Below the pieces are notes generated by a model. That model was given only the letters and a program-made list of their open reading frames with translations, made no database searches and had not been told where the DNA came from. This document shows, one piece after another, positions 8,104 through 17,479 of a DNA stretch of 24,775 bases. Within the stretch, counting starts at the first letter, position 1; the number at the start of each line of letters is the position of its first letter. The stretch comes from a virus (Duplodnaviria > Heunggongvirae > Uroviricota > Caudoviricetes): IMG/VR virus record IMGVR_UViG_2541047936_000008, positions 1-24,775 of that record; one strand, 5' to 3'. The translations under genes were made by a program, and so were the position numbers.

Positions 8104-8918
8104 GTATGGAGCTGATGGTTAAAGCGATGAAAATTCGAGTGGGTAATCCATTGCGAAAACTGGTTCTGATCAAGCTGGCTGATAATGCCAGCGATCAGGG
8201 TGAGTGCTGGCCCAGCTACCAGCATATTGCTGACCAGTGCGAGATTAGCAAACGTTCTGTGATGAATCATATTGCGGCCCTTTGTGATTCCGGGCTGGTA
8301 AAAAAAGTCACCCGGAAAGGTGAAAAAGGTAACTCAAGTAATATCTATCTCCTTCATCTTGATGGTGCAGGAGATTCACTAGGGGGTAGTGCAAATAATT
8401 CACTATCTAGTGCAGCAAATTCACCAGGTAGTGCAGGAGTTGCACCAGGGGGTGGTGCAGGAGATTCACCCAGAACCAGTCACTCTTTTGAACCAGTCAA
8501 AGAACCAGTCAATGAACCAATAGCTGTTGGTGCATCTGCTGATGAGTCCGTGCGAGTTCGTTCAAACCGACCGGAATACTCTCCGGAGTTTGAGCAGGCA
8601 TGGCTGGCATACCCCAAACGTGCTGGTGGCAATTCAAAATCTGCAGCCCTCAAAGCCTGGAAAGCTCGTTTGAATGAGGGGGTAAAACCCGAAACCATGC
8701 TGGAAGGTGTGAAACGCTACGCGGGCTGGGTATCTGCGATGGGTAACAGCGGCACACAATTTGTGAAACAGGCTGTCACGTTCTTTGGTCCGGATCGTCA
8801 TTTCGAAGAATCCTGGGAAGTTCCTGCGGTATCTGCAGCCAGACGCGAGGACCCGTACTTCAAAGCCAGTTACGACAACGTGGACTACAGCCAGATCCCG
8901 GCAGGATTCAGGGGGTGA
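8100..8918 (+). CDS. Phage replication initiation protein (N-terminal winged-helix/HTH, replisome-organiser-like C-terminus) with internal repeat tract
   Basis: 272 aa; N-terminus ...LRKLVLIKLADNASDQGECWPSYQHIADQCEISKRSVMNHIAALCDSGLV is typical of phage O-like or DnaD-like initiators; central low-complexity tract encoded by DNA direct repeats. Confidence 0.6.
   Translation: MSMELMVKAMKIRVGNPLRKLVLIKLADNASDQGECWPSYQHIADQCEISKRSVMNHIAALCDSGLVKKVTRKGEKGNSSNIYLLHLDGAGDSLGGSANNSLSSAANSPGSAGVAPGGGAGDSPRTSHSFEPVKEPVNEPIAVGASADESVRVRSNRPEYSPEFEQAWLAYPKRAGGNSKSAALKAWKARLNEGVKPETMLEGVKRYAGWVSAMGNSGTQFVKQAVTFFGPDRHFEESWEVPAVSAARREDPYFKASYDNVDYSQIPAGFRG
8361..8520 (+). repeat. Iteron-like direct repeats inside the replication initiator gene (candidate origin)
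   Basis: GGTGCAGGAGATTCAC at 8364-8379 and 8453-8468; several ~21 bp units containing AGTGCA; GAACCAGTCA at 8473, 8490 and 8502 plus partial GAACCA at 8514. Confidence 0.5.
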
Positions 8919-8920
8919 TC

Positions 8921-9295
8921 ATGAGTCTTTTGAATGACGTTCAGAAATTCATTGAAGCCCATCCGGGGTGTACTTCCGGAGACATTGCGGATGCTTTTGC
9001 AGGTTACTCACGGCAGCGCGTTCTGCAGTCAGCAAGCAAGTTACGTCAGAGTGGTCGTGTGGCTCACCGTTGTGAAGGGGATACACGCAGACATTTCCCG
9101 CGCCTGACCAGTTTAACCAGCAGCACATTACCCTGGCGGGATACGAAAAAGAGACCCAGACGCCTGCCGACGAGCTGGTGGCAAGCCGTACCGCCCGCGC
9201 AGCGGTGTTTATTCGCAACGATCCGGCACGTCCCACGCAGACCGGTGAGCTGGTGGGTATGCTGCCTGCGCCGAAGGGGAAACGGTTCACGATGA
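8921..9295 (+). CDS. Small early protein whose 3' end is probably disrupted by a deletion junction
   Basis: N-terminal ~60 aa look protein-like (MSLLNDVQKFIEAHPGCTSGDIADAFAGYSRQRVLQSASKLRQSGRV...); the remainder is Arg/Pro-rich and overlaps the sheath-fragment frame. Confidence 0.3.
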   Translation: MSLLNDVQKFIEAHPGCTSGDIADAFAGYSRQRVLQSASKLRQSGRVAHRCEGDTRRHFPRLTSLTSSTLPWRDTKKRPRRLPTSWWQAVPPAQRCLFATIRHVPRRPVSWWVCCLRRRGNGSR

Positions 9296-9774
9296 CCGAA
9301 CAACAGACCCTGCTGTCTCATGGCGTGGCAACGGCGTATGTCGAAAGCGGGGTGCTGCGCATTCAGCGTGATGTCACCACGTACAGGAAAAACGCTTACG
9401 GTGTTGCGGATAACAGCTACCTCGACAGCGAGACGCTGCATACCAGCGCGTATGTGCTGCGCAAACTGAAATCCGTCATTACCAGTAAGTACGGGCGTCA
9501 CAAGCTTGCCAGCGACGGTACCCGCTTTGGTCCCGGTCAGGCGATTGTCACACCGGCGGTGATCAAAGGGGAACTGCTGGCAACCTACCGTCAGCTTGAG
9601 CGTGCGGGGATCGTGGAAAACTACGAACTGTTTAAGCAGTACCTGGTTGTGGAGCGTGATGCCAGCGATCCGAACCGCCTGAACACGCTGTTCCCGCCTG
9701 ACTATGTTAACCAGTTGCGTGTCTTTGCCGTGGTTAACCAGTTCCGTCTTCAGTATTCAGAGGAGTCCGCATAA
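9076..9774 (+). pseudogene. Tail sheath gene fragment (C-terminal ~230 codons only)
   Basis: Open frame from 9076 (track start GTG 9178) with no plausible N-terminal domain; sheath C-terminus-like sequence; lies directly upstream of tube, chaperone and tape measure genes, where the sheath gene sits in myoviruses; a full sheath would be roughly 400-500 aa. Confidence 0.6.
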
Positions 9775-10130
9775 TGGCCCGTATCGGGGGAACCTGTTAT
9801 TTCAAAATTGACGGTCAGCAGCTATCGCTGACCGGCGGCATTGAGGTGCCCATGAACAGGACGGTCAATGATGACATCATCGGCCTGGACGGTTCAGTGG
9901 ACCGCAAGGAAACTCACCGTGCGCCTTATGTTAAAGGGACCTTCAAGGTGCCGAAGAATTTTCCGGTGAGCAAAATCACCTCGTCTGATGAGATGACCAT
10001 CACTGCCGAGCTGGCGAACGGTCAGGTCTATGTACTGTCGTCTGCCTGGCTGCACGGCGAAGCAAACCATAATGCCGAAGAAGGGACGGTTGATCTTGAG
10101 TTCCACGGTGAAGAAGGGGATTACCAGTAA
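9774..10130 (+). CDS. Tail tube protein (Mu gpM-like)
   Basis: 118 aa; position between sheath and chaperone; start overlaps the previous stop. Confidence 0.8.
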   Translation: MARIGGTCYFKIDGQQLSLTGGIEVPMNRTVNDDIIGLDGSVDRKETHRAPYVKGTFKVPKNFPVSKITSSDEMTITAELANGQVYVLSSAWLHGEANHNAEEGTVDLEFHGEEGDYQ

Positions 10131-10399
10131 TGAAAGAGCTTGAGTTAAAGAAACCGATTACCGCTCATGGCGAGACACTCTCCGTACTGGAGTTTGATGA
10201 GCCCACCGGGAAAGATGTCCGCGAGCTGGGGTATCCCTACCAGATGAATCAGGATGAGTCCGTCAGACTTCTGGCGCATGTGGTGTCGAAATACATTGTG
10301 CGGCTGGCGAAAGTGCCGCAAAGCTCTGTCGACCAGATGTCTCCGGCAGACCTGAATGCAGCGGCGTGGCTTGTGGCTGGTTTTTTCCTCCAGGCCTGA
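10130..10399 (+). CDS. Tail assembly chaperone (G-like, zero-frame product)
   Basis: 89 aa ORF immediately upstream of the tape measure gene; slippery heptamer near its 3' end. Confidence 0.75.
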   Translation: MKELELKKPITAHGETLSVLEFDEPTGKDVRELGYPYQMNQDESVRLLAHVVSKYIVRLAKVPQSSVDQMSPADLNAAAWLVAGFFLQA

Positions 10400-10548
10400 C
10401 GGCTGAATACCTCACTGATCGCTTCTTTGACTGCGCCAGCTACTGGCGCATTAATCCCTTCGAATTGCTGAATATGCCGATCAGTGAAATTCCCTTGCTG
10501 GTCAGTCAGGCAAACAGGATAGAGCAGGAGAAACGCACACATGGCTGA
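10366..10548 (+). CDS. -1 frame extension of the tail assembly chaperone (GT-like frameshift product)
   Basis: ORF in the -1 frame overlapping the chaperone 3' end; slippery site T TTT TTC at 10381-10387; ends at the tape measure start. Confidence 0.55.
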   Translation: MACGWFFPPGLTAEYLTDRFFDCASYWRINPFELLNMPISEIPLLVSQANRIEQEKRTHG

Positions 10549-12373
10549 ATTTGAGCTTAAGGCGTTGATCACCGGTGTCGACAGGCTTTCTCCCGCGCTG
10601 TCGAAAATGCAAAAGAAAATCCGGGGATTTAAACGCCAGGCGGAAGAAGCGTCACAGGGTGGGCTGGCGCTTGGTGGAGGACTGGCAGCGGGGCTGACGC
10701 TTTCCCTGAAATCTTATGCCGATCAGGAAAACGCCGCTACCGGGCTGAAAGTCGCCATGATGGATGCGAACGGCGAGGTTGGAAAGAGCTTTCAGGACAT
10801 CAATAAACTGGCTATTGGCCTGGGTAACCAGCTACCCGGTACAACGGCTGATTTCCAGAACATGATGCAGATGCTGGTGCGTCAGGGGATCCCGGCAGAA
10901 AACATTCTGGGTGGTGTGGGTAAAGCGACAGCTTATCTTGCGGTACAACTGAAAAAAACACCGGAAGCGGCTGCTGAGTTTGCTGCAAAGATGCAGGATG
11001 CTACCGGAACGGCGTCAGAAGACATGATGGGGCTGTTCGACACTATCCAGAAGGCGTTTTATCTGGGCGTTGACGATACCAACATGTTGTCCTTCTTCAC
11101 TAAAACCAGTTCTGTTCTGAAGATGGTGAACAAGGACGGTCTTCAGGCTGCACAGAGCCTTGCCCCCATCAGCGTCATGATGGATCAGATGGGGATGAAC
11201 GGGGAGTCGGCAGGTAATGCCCTGCGAAAAGTTATCCAGTCCGGATTAAGCGTTAAGAAAATCAGGGACGTCAATAAAGTCATGGCCCGCCAGAGACTCG
11301 GGGTACAGCTCGATTTTACTGACGGCAAAGGAAGTTTTGGCGGTCTTGATAACATGTTCAGGCAACTGGCAAAGCTGCGAAAACTGACCGACGTTAAGCG
11401 AACAGGTGTACTTAAGGCAATATTTGGTGATGATGCCGAAACCCTTCAGGTGGTCAATGCACTAATCGATAAAGGAAAGGATGGCTACGATCAGATCCAG
11501 CAGAAGATGAATAAACAGGCCAGCCTGAATAAACGTGTTCAGGCACAGCTTGGTACGCTGTCCAACCTGTGGGAGGCAATGACGGGGACCGCAACTAACG
11601 GCCTTGCGGCTATTGGCGGCGCATTTTCTGGTGACGCCAAAAATATCACGCAATGGCTGGGGGAGTTGGGGGAAAAATTCACGAAGTTTGCGGATGAAAA
11701 TCCCCGGGTTATTCGCGGCGTCGTCGGGCTTGCTGCCGGTCTTGCGATTCTGAAACTGGGATTGATGGGCGTGGGCAGTGCCATCAGTATTGTCAGCAGG
11801 ATTATGTCGATGACGCCGATTGGCATGATTGCGACGGCGATTGCTCTGGCTGCGGGATTAATTATCACTAACTGGGATGTTGTCGGACCTTATTTCAAGA
11901 AGCTCTGGGAAACCATTGGTCCTTATTTTGAGGCAGGTTGGGAACTTCTGAAGAAGGTTTTTGCCTGGTCGCCGCTGGGGATGGTGATCAATAACTGGGG
12001 ACCGGTTGTTAAGTGGTTTCAGGATATGTGGGATAAGCTGAAGCCGATTATTGAATGGTTTACCGACAGTTCCGGTGACACGGTCGATGCCATTAACTCG
12101 GCGCAGTGGGGCGCGGGTGCTTATGATGCTTATGGGACGGGAATACCGCCACGGGGATACACTCCTTATCCGGTGGTGGATCCGGCTCAGGCAAACAACG
12201 CCTCCGATGCCACAGGCTCGAATCCCTTCATGATTAACAAAGCTTCTGTGCCAAAAGTTGATGGTGAGATCAAGGTATCTTTTGTGAATTCGCCTCCGGG
12301 TATGCGGGTTATGGAAACGCGATCCAGCGGTTTTGATGTCAGCCATGATGTTGGCTATACGCGGTTCAGGTAG
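10541..12373 (+). CDS. Tail tape measure protein
   Basis: 610 aa with the Ala/Gly-rich helical N-terminus and hydrophobic C-terminal segment typical of tape measure proteins; position after the chaperone. Confidence 0.85.
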   Translation: MAEFELKALITGVDRLSPALSKMQKKIRGFKRQAEEASQGGLALGGGLAAGLTLSLKSYADQENAATGLKVAMMDANGEVGKSFQDINKLAIGLGNQLPGTTADFQNMMQMLVRQGIPAENILGGVGKATAYLAVQLKKTPEAAAEFAAKMQDATGTASEDMMGLFDTIQKAFYLGVDDTNMLSFFTKTSSVLKMVNKDGLQAAQSLAPISVMMDQMGMNGESAGNALRKVIQSGLSVKKIRDVNKVMARQRLGVQLDFTDGKGSFGGLDNMFRQLAKLRKLTDVKRTGVLKAIFGDDAETLQVVNALIDKGKDGYDQIQQKMNKQASLNKRVQAQLGTLSNLWEAMTGTATNGLAAIGGAFSGDAKNITQWLGELGEKFTKFADENPRVIRGVVGLAAGLAILKLGLMGVGSAISIVSRIMSMTPIGMIATAIALAAGLIITNWDVVGPYFKKLWETIGPYFEAGWELLKKVFAWSPLGMVINNWGPVVKWFQDMWDKLKPIIEWFTDSSGDTVDAINSAQWGAGAYDAYGTGIPPRGYTPYPVVDPAQANNASDATGSNPFMINKASVPKVDGEIKVSFVNSPPGMRVMETRSSGFDVSHDVGYTRFR

Positions 12374-12472
12374 TGTACAAAATGATTAATGTGTTTTTGT
12401 CTGGCATAATTTGGGTTTTCAGCTTTAAGTAGTTAATATAATCATTCCTTACAAATGATTGAAGGGATGATT

Positions 12473-12966
12473 ATGCGTATCTTTGTTTTTTTATATCTGC
12501 ACTTTTATCTTTTAACTTGGCTGCGGAAGAGTGTAAGTTCAGCTTTAATGAGTCAGAATTAATCTCTTCTATAGGTATTGCACCAGTTAAGCAAGAGATA
12601 ATAAAGGATGAAGGAATAACTAAGCGGCAATATGAATTCAGAAGAGAATTATCTTCTGAAGAAATGCTTAGTGATGACGCTGATGAAAAATATGAGCCGC
12701 AGTTTTATATATCTGTTTATAATCCATCATGCCCACGAAAGGTTATTGTTTGGTTTTTCAAAGACAATAAAAACACAATGGATTTAAGTAATGAGGTCCT
12801 TGCTGGTAGAGCGTTCAAGTATTTAACTGGTGTTAATGAAAGTATTTTTGAAAATAAAATGAAAAAGTTTTTAAAGGTACAGTCATTTGAATCTTTTGAT
12901 GAAAGGACAGATTCTAAATTTATAAAGAGTGGTGATATTTATTCCATTGATGTTCAACTCAGATAG
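12473..12966 (+). CDS. AT-rich moron: predicted secreted protein of unknown function, out of frame with its own start at a T7 tract (the ORF track calls only 12517..12966)
   Basis: ATG 12473 with AGGGA RBS encodes a signal-peptide-like start that runs out of frame at T7 (12486-12492); a -1 slip or a T8 allele gives MRIFVFFISALLSFNLAAEECKFS... in frame with the 149 aa ORF. Confidence 0.5.
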
Positions 12967-12985
12967 TAATTAAAAATATTAGGTT

Positions 12986-13042
12986 CCCGCCACATCTTCT
13001 GCGATGTAAATAACTGACAAAGCAGATTTGGCGGGTTTTTTG
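12986..13042 (+). terminator. Putative terminator after the moron
   Basis: CCCGCCA (12986-12992) pairs with TGGCGGG (13029-13035) followed by TTTTTTG; the loop is long, so confidence is modest. Confidence 0.45.
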
Positions 13043-13056
13043 TATCCGGAGTTTAT

Positions 13057-14385
13057 ATGACGTGGAAAGACAGGCTTCAGGATGCGTCATTTCGCGGCGT
13101 ACCGTTTAAGGTTGAAGAAGAAAGTGCGGGAACCGGTCGCCGTGTGGAAACACACGAATATCCGAACCGCGACAAACCCTATACCGAAGATCTGGGAAAA
13201 GTCACTTTCCGCCCGTCCATCACAGCTTATGTGGTGGGAGATGACTGCTTTGACCAGCGCGATCTCCTGATTGAAGCGCTGAATAAACCCGGTCCCGGCA
13301 CGCTTGTTCACCCGACATACGGTGAGCTGAAAGTCTGTGTTGACGGGGAAGTTCGGGTCAGCACATCGAAAAGTGAAGGGCGTATTGTCCGCTTTGACCT
13401 GAAGTTTGTCGAAGCAGGAGAACTCTCTTACCCCACATCAGGTGCGGCGACGGCGCAGACGCTGATGTCATCCTGTTCTGCACTGGATGACTGCATCAGT
13501 GACAGCTTCAGCGGTTTCAGTATCGATGGTGTGGCGGATTTCGTGCAGAACGACGTTATCGGTAATGCCAGCATAATGCTGGGGTATGTTTCTGATGCGA
13601 TGAAAGTGGTGGATTCTGCCGTATCGGATGCCGCCAGGCTGTTGCAGGGGGATATCTCGGTACTTCTGCCGCCGCCATCGTCAGGCAAAAATTTCGTTGA
13701 GCAGGTGCAGAAAATGTGGCGTACCGGGAAACGCCTTTATGGTAACGCCAGCGACCTGGTCACCATGATCAAAACGCTTTCCGGTGTCAGCCTCGGCAGC
13801 GATCTGCAACCGCGCGGCGTCTGGAAAACGGACAGCAAAACCACCGCCACGGCGACGCAGCAGCGTAACGTGGTTGCCAGCACCCTTCGTACGACCGCAA
13901 TCAGCGAAGCGGCGTATGCCGTCACCCGATTGCCTGCGCCAACAACTTCCGCGGTGATGCAGAATTCCGCAGTGGGGCAGGCAACAACACCCGCGCAGAG
14001 CACTGGCTGGCCTTCCGTCACGCATCCGGCACTGAACAATGCACCGGCGGTGAAAAACACGGTTGACCTGCCGACGTGGGAAGAACTGACTGACATTCGC
14101 GACACACTGAATACGGCAATTGATAAGGAGTTGTCCCGTACAACCAGTGATGCGCTGTTTCTGGCGCTGCGCCGGGTGAAAGCAGATCTGAATGCGGATA
14201 TCAACACGCGCCTTGAACAGTCTGCACGGATCATTCAGCGCACGCCGGATGAGGTTTTACCTGCGCTGGTGCTGGCGGCGACCTGGTTTGATAACGCGGC
14301 GCGTGACGCGGACATTATCCGGCGTAATGCCATTACGCATCCCGGCTTTGTGCCGGTGATCCCTCTGAAGGTGCCAGTGCAATGA
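13057..14385 (+). CDS. Mu gp43-like DNA circulation protein
   Basis: 442 aa; N-terminus ...ASFRGVPFKVEEESAGTGRRVETHEYPNRDKPYTEDLGK... matches the DNA circulation N-terminal family pattern. Confidence 0.85.
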   Translation: MTWKDRLQDASFRGVPFKVEEESAGTGRRVETHEYPNRDKPYTEDLGKVTFRPSITAYVVGDDCFDQRDLLIEALNKPGPGTLVHPTYGELKVCVDGEVRVSTSKSEGRIVRFDLKFVEAGELSYPTSGAATAQTLMSSCSALDDCISDSFSGFSIDGVADFVQNDVIGNASIMLGYVSDAMKVVDSAVSDAARLLQGDISVLLPPPSSGKNFVEQVQKMWRTGKRLYGNASDLVTMIKTLSGVSLGSDLQPRGVWKTDSKTTATATQQRNVVASTLRTTAISEAAYAVTRLPAPTTSAVMQNSAVGQATTPAQSTGWPSVTHPALNNAPAVKNTVDLPTWEELTDIRDTLNTAIDKELSRTTSDALFLALRRVKADLNADINTRLEQSARIIQRTPDEVLPALVLAATWFDNAARDADIIRRNAITHPGFVPVIPLKVPVQ

Positions 14386-15461
14386 ACGATAACGTCACGC
14401 TACGGGTAAATGGCCGGGAGTGGAATGGCTGGACATCGGTGCGCATCGGTGCCGGTGTTGAACGACTGGCGCGGGATTTCAGTGTGGAGATCACCCGCCA
14501 GTGGCCGGGAGATGAGGGTATCACCACGCTTCAGCCGCGCATTAAAAACGGTTCAAAAGTGGAGGTGCTGATTGGTGATGAGCTGGTGATCACCGGCTGG
14601 GTGGAGGCGACGCCCGTTCGTTACGATGCCCGTTCGGTCAGCACCGGTATTGCCGGACGCAGTCTGACCGCTGACCTGATTGACTGTGCAGCCGAACCGA
14701 CACAGTTTAACGGACGATCGCTGGTACAGATTGCGCAGGCGCTTGCTGCGCCTTTCGGCATTGAGGTGGTGAACAGCGGTGCGCCGTCGGGTGTTATTCC
14801 TGATGTCCAGCCTGATCACGGTGAAACGGTGATTGAGGTAATCAACAAAATACTCGGTCAGCAGCAGGCACTGGCTTACGACGACCCGCACGGCAGGCTG
14901 GTGATTGGCGGTATTGGCTCAACGCGGGCACATACCGCGCTGGTACTCGGGGAAAACATCCTTTCCTGCGATACGGAGAAGAGTATCCGGGAGCGGTTTT
15001 CTGTTTACCAGGTGGCGGGGCAGCGTGCCGGAAACGACGATGATTTCGGTGAGGCCACCACCACCGCGCTGCGGGCCCGCACAGAGGACGCATTTATTGC
15101 CCGTTACCGTCCGATGTATATCAGGCAGACAGGGCAGGCTACGGGGGCAGGCTGTATTGCGCGTGCTGACTTTGAAGCCCGGCAACGGGCGGCGCGGACG
15201 GATGAAACCACCTATGTGGTGCAGGGCTGGCGACAGGGTAACGGTACGCTGTGGCAGCCCAACCAGCGGGTGATTGTCTTTGATCCGGTCTGTGGTTTCG
15301 ACAATACCGAACTGCTTGTCTCGGAAGTCACGTTTACTCAGGACCAGAACGGCACCCTGACGGAAATCCGTGTCGGCCCGCCTGATGCTTATCTGCCTGA
15401 ACCCGAAGATCCCGGCGCGCGGAAAAAGAAAAAAGCCAGAGTACAGGAGGATCCGTTCTGA
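14382..15461 (+). CDS. Baseplate hub protein (Mu gp44/P-like)
   Basis: 359 aa; gene order and size match the Mu-like baseplate module; overlapping start and stop codons. Confidence 0.75.
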   Translation: MNDNVTLRVNGREWNGWTSVRIGAGVERLARDFSVEITRQWPGDEGITTLQPRIKNGSKVEVLIGDELVITGWVEATPVRYDARSVSTGIAGRSLTADLIDCAAEPTQFNGRSLVQIAQALAAPFGIEVVNSGAPSGVIPDVQPDHGETVIEVINKILGQQQALAYDDPHGRLVIGGIGSTRAHTALVLGENILSCDTEKSIRERFSVYQVAGQRAGNDDDFGEATTTALRARTEDAFIARYRPMYIRQTGQATGAGCIARADFEARQRAARTDETTYVVQGWRQGNGTLWQPNQRVIVFDPVCGFDNTELLVSEVTFTQDQNGTLTEIRVGPPDAYLPEPEDPGARKKKKARVQEDPF

Positions 15462-16009
15462 TGAGGACGATTGAAGCCATGCAGCGACAACTCCTCGGCC
15501 TGATTGGGCGGGCCGTGGTGAAAAGCATCAGTGCCGCCACGAAATGTCAGACCGTGGATGTGTCTCTGATTGCCGGTGAACCCAAAGCCGGGGTTGAACA
15601 TCTTGAACCCTACGGTTTTACCTCAAGGGCAAACAGCGGTGCGGAAGCGGTGGTGTTGTTTCCGGATGGCGACCGTTCTCATGCGGTGGTTGTTACGGTG
15701 TCGGACCGGCGCTACCGCCTGAAAGGGCTGCAGACGGGTGAGGTGGCTGTCTATGACGATCAGGGGCAGTCCGTGACGCTGACCCGGGAGGGGATCGTGG
15801 TGGACGGTGCAGGTAAAACGATCACGTTTCGCAATGCACCTGAAGCACGTTTTGAAATGGACCTGGAAGTGACAGGACAGGTGAAAGACCTGTGCGACTC
15901 CGGCGGCACCACCATGTCAGCGATGCGGCTTGCCTATAACGGGCATCGTCACAGAGAGAACGGTCAGGGCAGTAACACCGACAAACCTGATAAAGCGATG
16001 GAGGCATGA
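15461..16009 (+). CDS. Baseplate spike / assembly protein V (Mu gp45-like)
   Basis: 182 aa; gpV-like sequence features; gene order. Confidence 0.8.
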   Translation: MRTIEAMQRQLLGLIGRAVVKSISAATKCQTVDVSLIAGEPKAGVEHLEPYGFTSRANSGAEAVVLFPDGDRSHAVVVTVSDRRYRLKGLQTGEVAVYDDQGQSVTLTREGIVVDGAGKTITFRNAPEARFEMDLEVTGQVKDLCDSGGTTMSAMRLAYNGHRHRENGQGSNTDKPDKAMEA

Positions 16010-16434
16010 TGGAACTGTGGCTGACGGTGAACGGTAAACGCACCTGCGCCAGCGCACCGCTGGATCCGCTGCCCCGCGCCGTGGTGATTTCCCTGTTTAC
16101 CTGGCGGCGGGCGGAGCCTGATGACAACGCCGACGTCCCGATGGGATGGTGGGGGGATACCTGGCCTGCGGTACAGAATGACCGTTACGGCTCCCGACTG
16201 TGGCTGCTTCAGCGCAGCAAACTGACCAATCAGCTGGTGCAGACGGTAAGGGGGTATATCCGCGAATGCCTGCAATGGATGATTGATGACGGCGTGGTGT
16301 CCCGTATTGATCTGGATATCCGCCGCACCGGGATTAATGAACTGGGTAACAGTATCACTCTCTGGCGTCGTGACGGACCGGTAATGATTTCTTTTGATGA
16401 TCTGTGGAGTGCGATAACGCATGGCGGACAGTGA
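16006..16434 (+). CDS. Mu gp46-like baseplate protein
   Basis: 142 aa; position between gpV-like and baseplate J-like genes. Confidence 0.75.
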   Translation: MMELWLTVNGKRTCASAPLDPLPRAVVISLFTWRRAEPDDNADVPMGWWGDTWPAVQNDRYGSRLWLLQRSKLTNQLVQTVRGYIRECLQWMIDDGVVSRIDLDIRRTGINELGNSITLWRRDGPVMISFDDLWSAITHGGQ

Positions 16435-17479
16435 ATTTCAGCGCCCGACGCTGGCAGAAAATATCAGTATGCTCCGTAACGATTTATTCGCCAGGCTGGA
16501 CGTCAGCGACACGCTCCGGCGCATGGATGAAGACGTGCGGGCAAAGGTGTATGCGGCGGCGCTGCATACGGTCTACGGGTACATCGATTATCTGGCAATG
16601 AATATGCTGCCTGACCTGTGCGATGAGTCCTGGCTGGCGCGACATGCTGCGATGAAACGGTGTCCGCGCAAGGGGGCCACGGCTGCCAGCGGGTATATGC
16701 GCTGGGAAGGTGTCAGCGATGGCCTGAAGGTGACTGCCGGGAGCGTGATTCAGCGCGATGACCTGGTTCAGTACACGGCAACTGCCGATGCAACCAGCTC
16801 CGGTGGTGTCCTGCGTGTGCCGATCACTTGCTCAACTACAGGTGCGGTCGGTAACGCTGACGACGGTACGGCATTAATCCTGGTCACGCCGGTGAATGGT
16901 CTGCCGTCTTCCGGTGTTGCAGATACCCTGACTGGCGGATTCGATACTGAAGATCTGGAAACGTGGCGCGCCCGCGTCATTGAGCGGTATTACTGGACGC
17001 CGCAGGGCGGGGCTGACGGGGACTATGTCGTCTGGGCTAAAGAAGTGCCCGGCATTACCCGCGCATGGACATACCGTCACTGGATGGGAACGGGAACTGT
17101 CGGTGTGATGATTGCCAGCAGTGACCTGATTAATCCCATTCCGGAAGAATCAACGGAAACGGCGGCAAGACAACATATCGGGCCACTGGCCCCGGTGGCA
17201 GGCTCTGATTTGTATGTGTTCAGGCCGGTGGCACATACGGTGGATTTTCATATCCGCGTGACGCCGGATACACCGGAAATACGGGCTGCCATCACCGCCG
17301 AGTTGCGTTCGTTCCTGCTGCGTGATGGTTATCCGCAGGGAGAACTGAAGGTATCGCGTATCAGTGAGGCGATTTCCGGTGCGAACGGGGAATACAGCCA
17401 TCAGTTGCTTGCACCGGCAGACAATATCTCCATTGCAAAAAATGAGCTGGCAGTTCTGGGGACGATTTCATGGACGTGA
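16421..17479 (+). CDS. Baseplate J-like protein (Mu gp47-like)
   Basis: 352 aa; size and position. Confidence 0.8.
   Translation: MADSEFQRPTLAENISMLRNDLFARLDVSDTLRRMDEDVRAKVYAAALHTVYGYIDYLAMNMLPDLCDESWLARHAAMKRCPRKGATAASGYMRWEGVSDGLKVTAGSVIQRDDLVQYTATADATSSGGVLRVPITCSTTGAVGNADDGTALILVTPVNGLPSSGVADTLTGGFDTEDLETWRARVIERYYWTPQGGADGDYVVWAKEVPGITRAWTYRHWMGTGTVGVMIASSDLINPIPEESTETAARQHIGPLAPVAGSDLYVFRPVAHTVDFHIRVTPDTPEIRAAITAELRSFLLRDGYPQGELKVSRISEAISGANGEYSHQLLAPADNISIAKNELAVLGTISWT

Noticed and set aside
8361..8520. Possible CRISPR array suggested by the short direct repeats
   Set aside because: The repeats are too short and irregular, lie inside an open reading frame and translate in frame; there are no spacer-like unique units or cas genes. 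They are interpreted as iterons.
8949..9501. Minus-strand ORFs 8949..9290 and 9064..9501 across the deletion junction
   Set aside because: They are antisense to the sheath-fragment frame, with no RBS and Arg-rich composition; treated as chance ORFs in GC-rich sequence.
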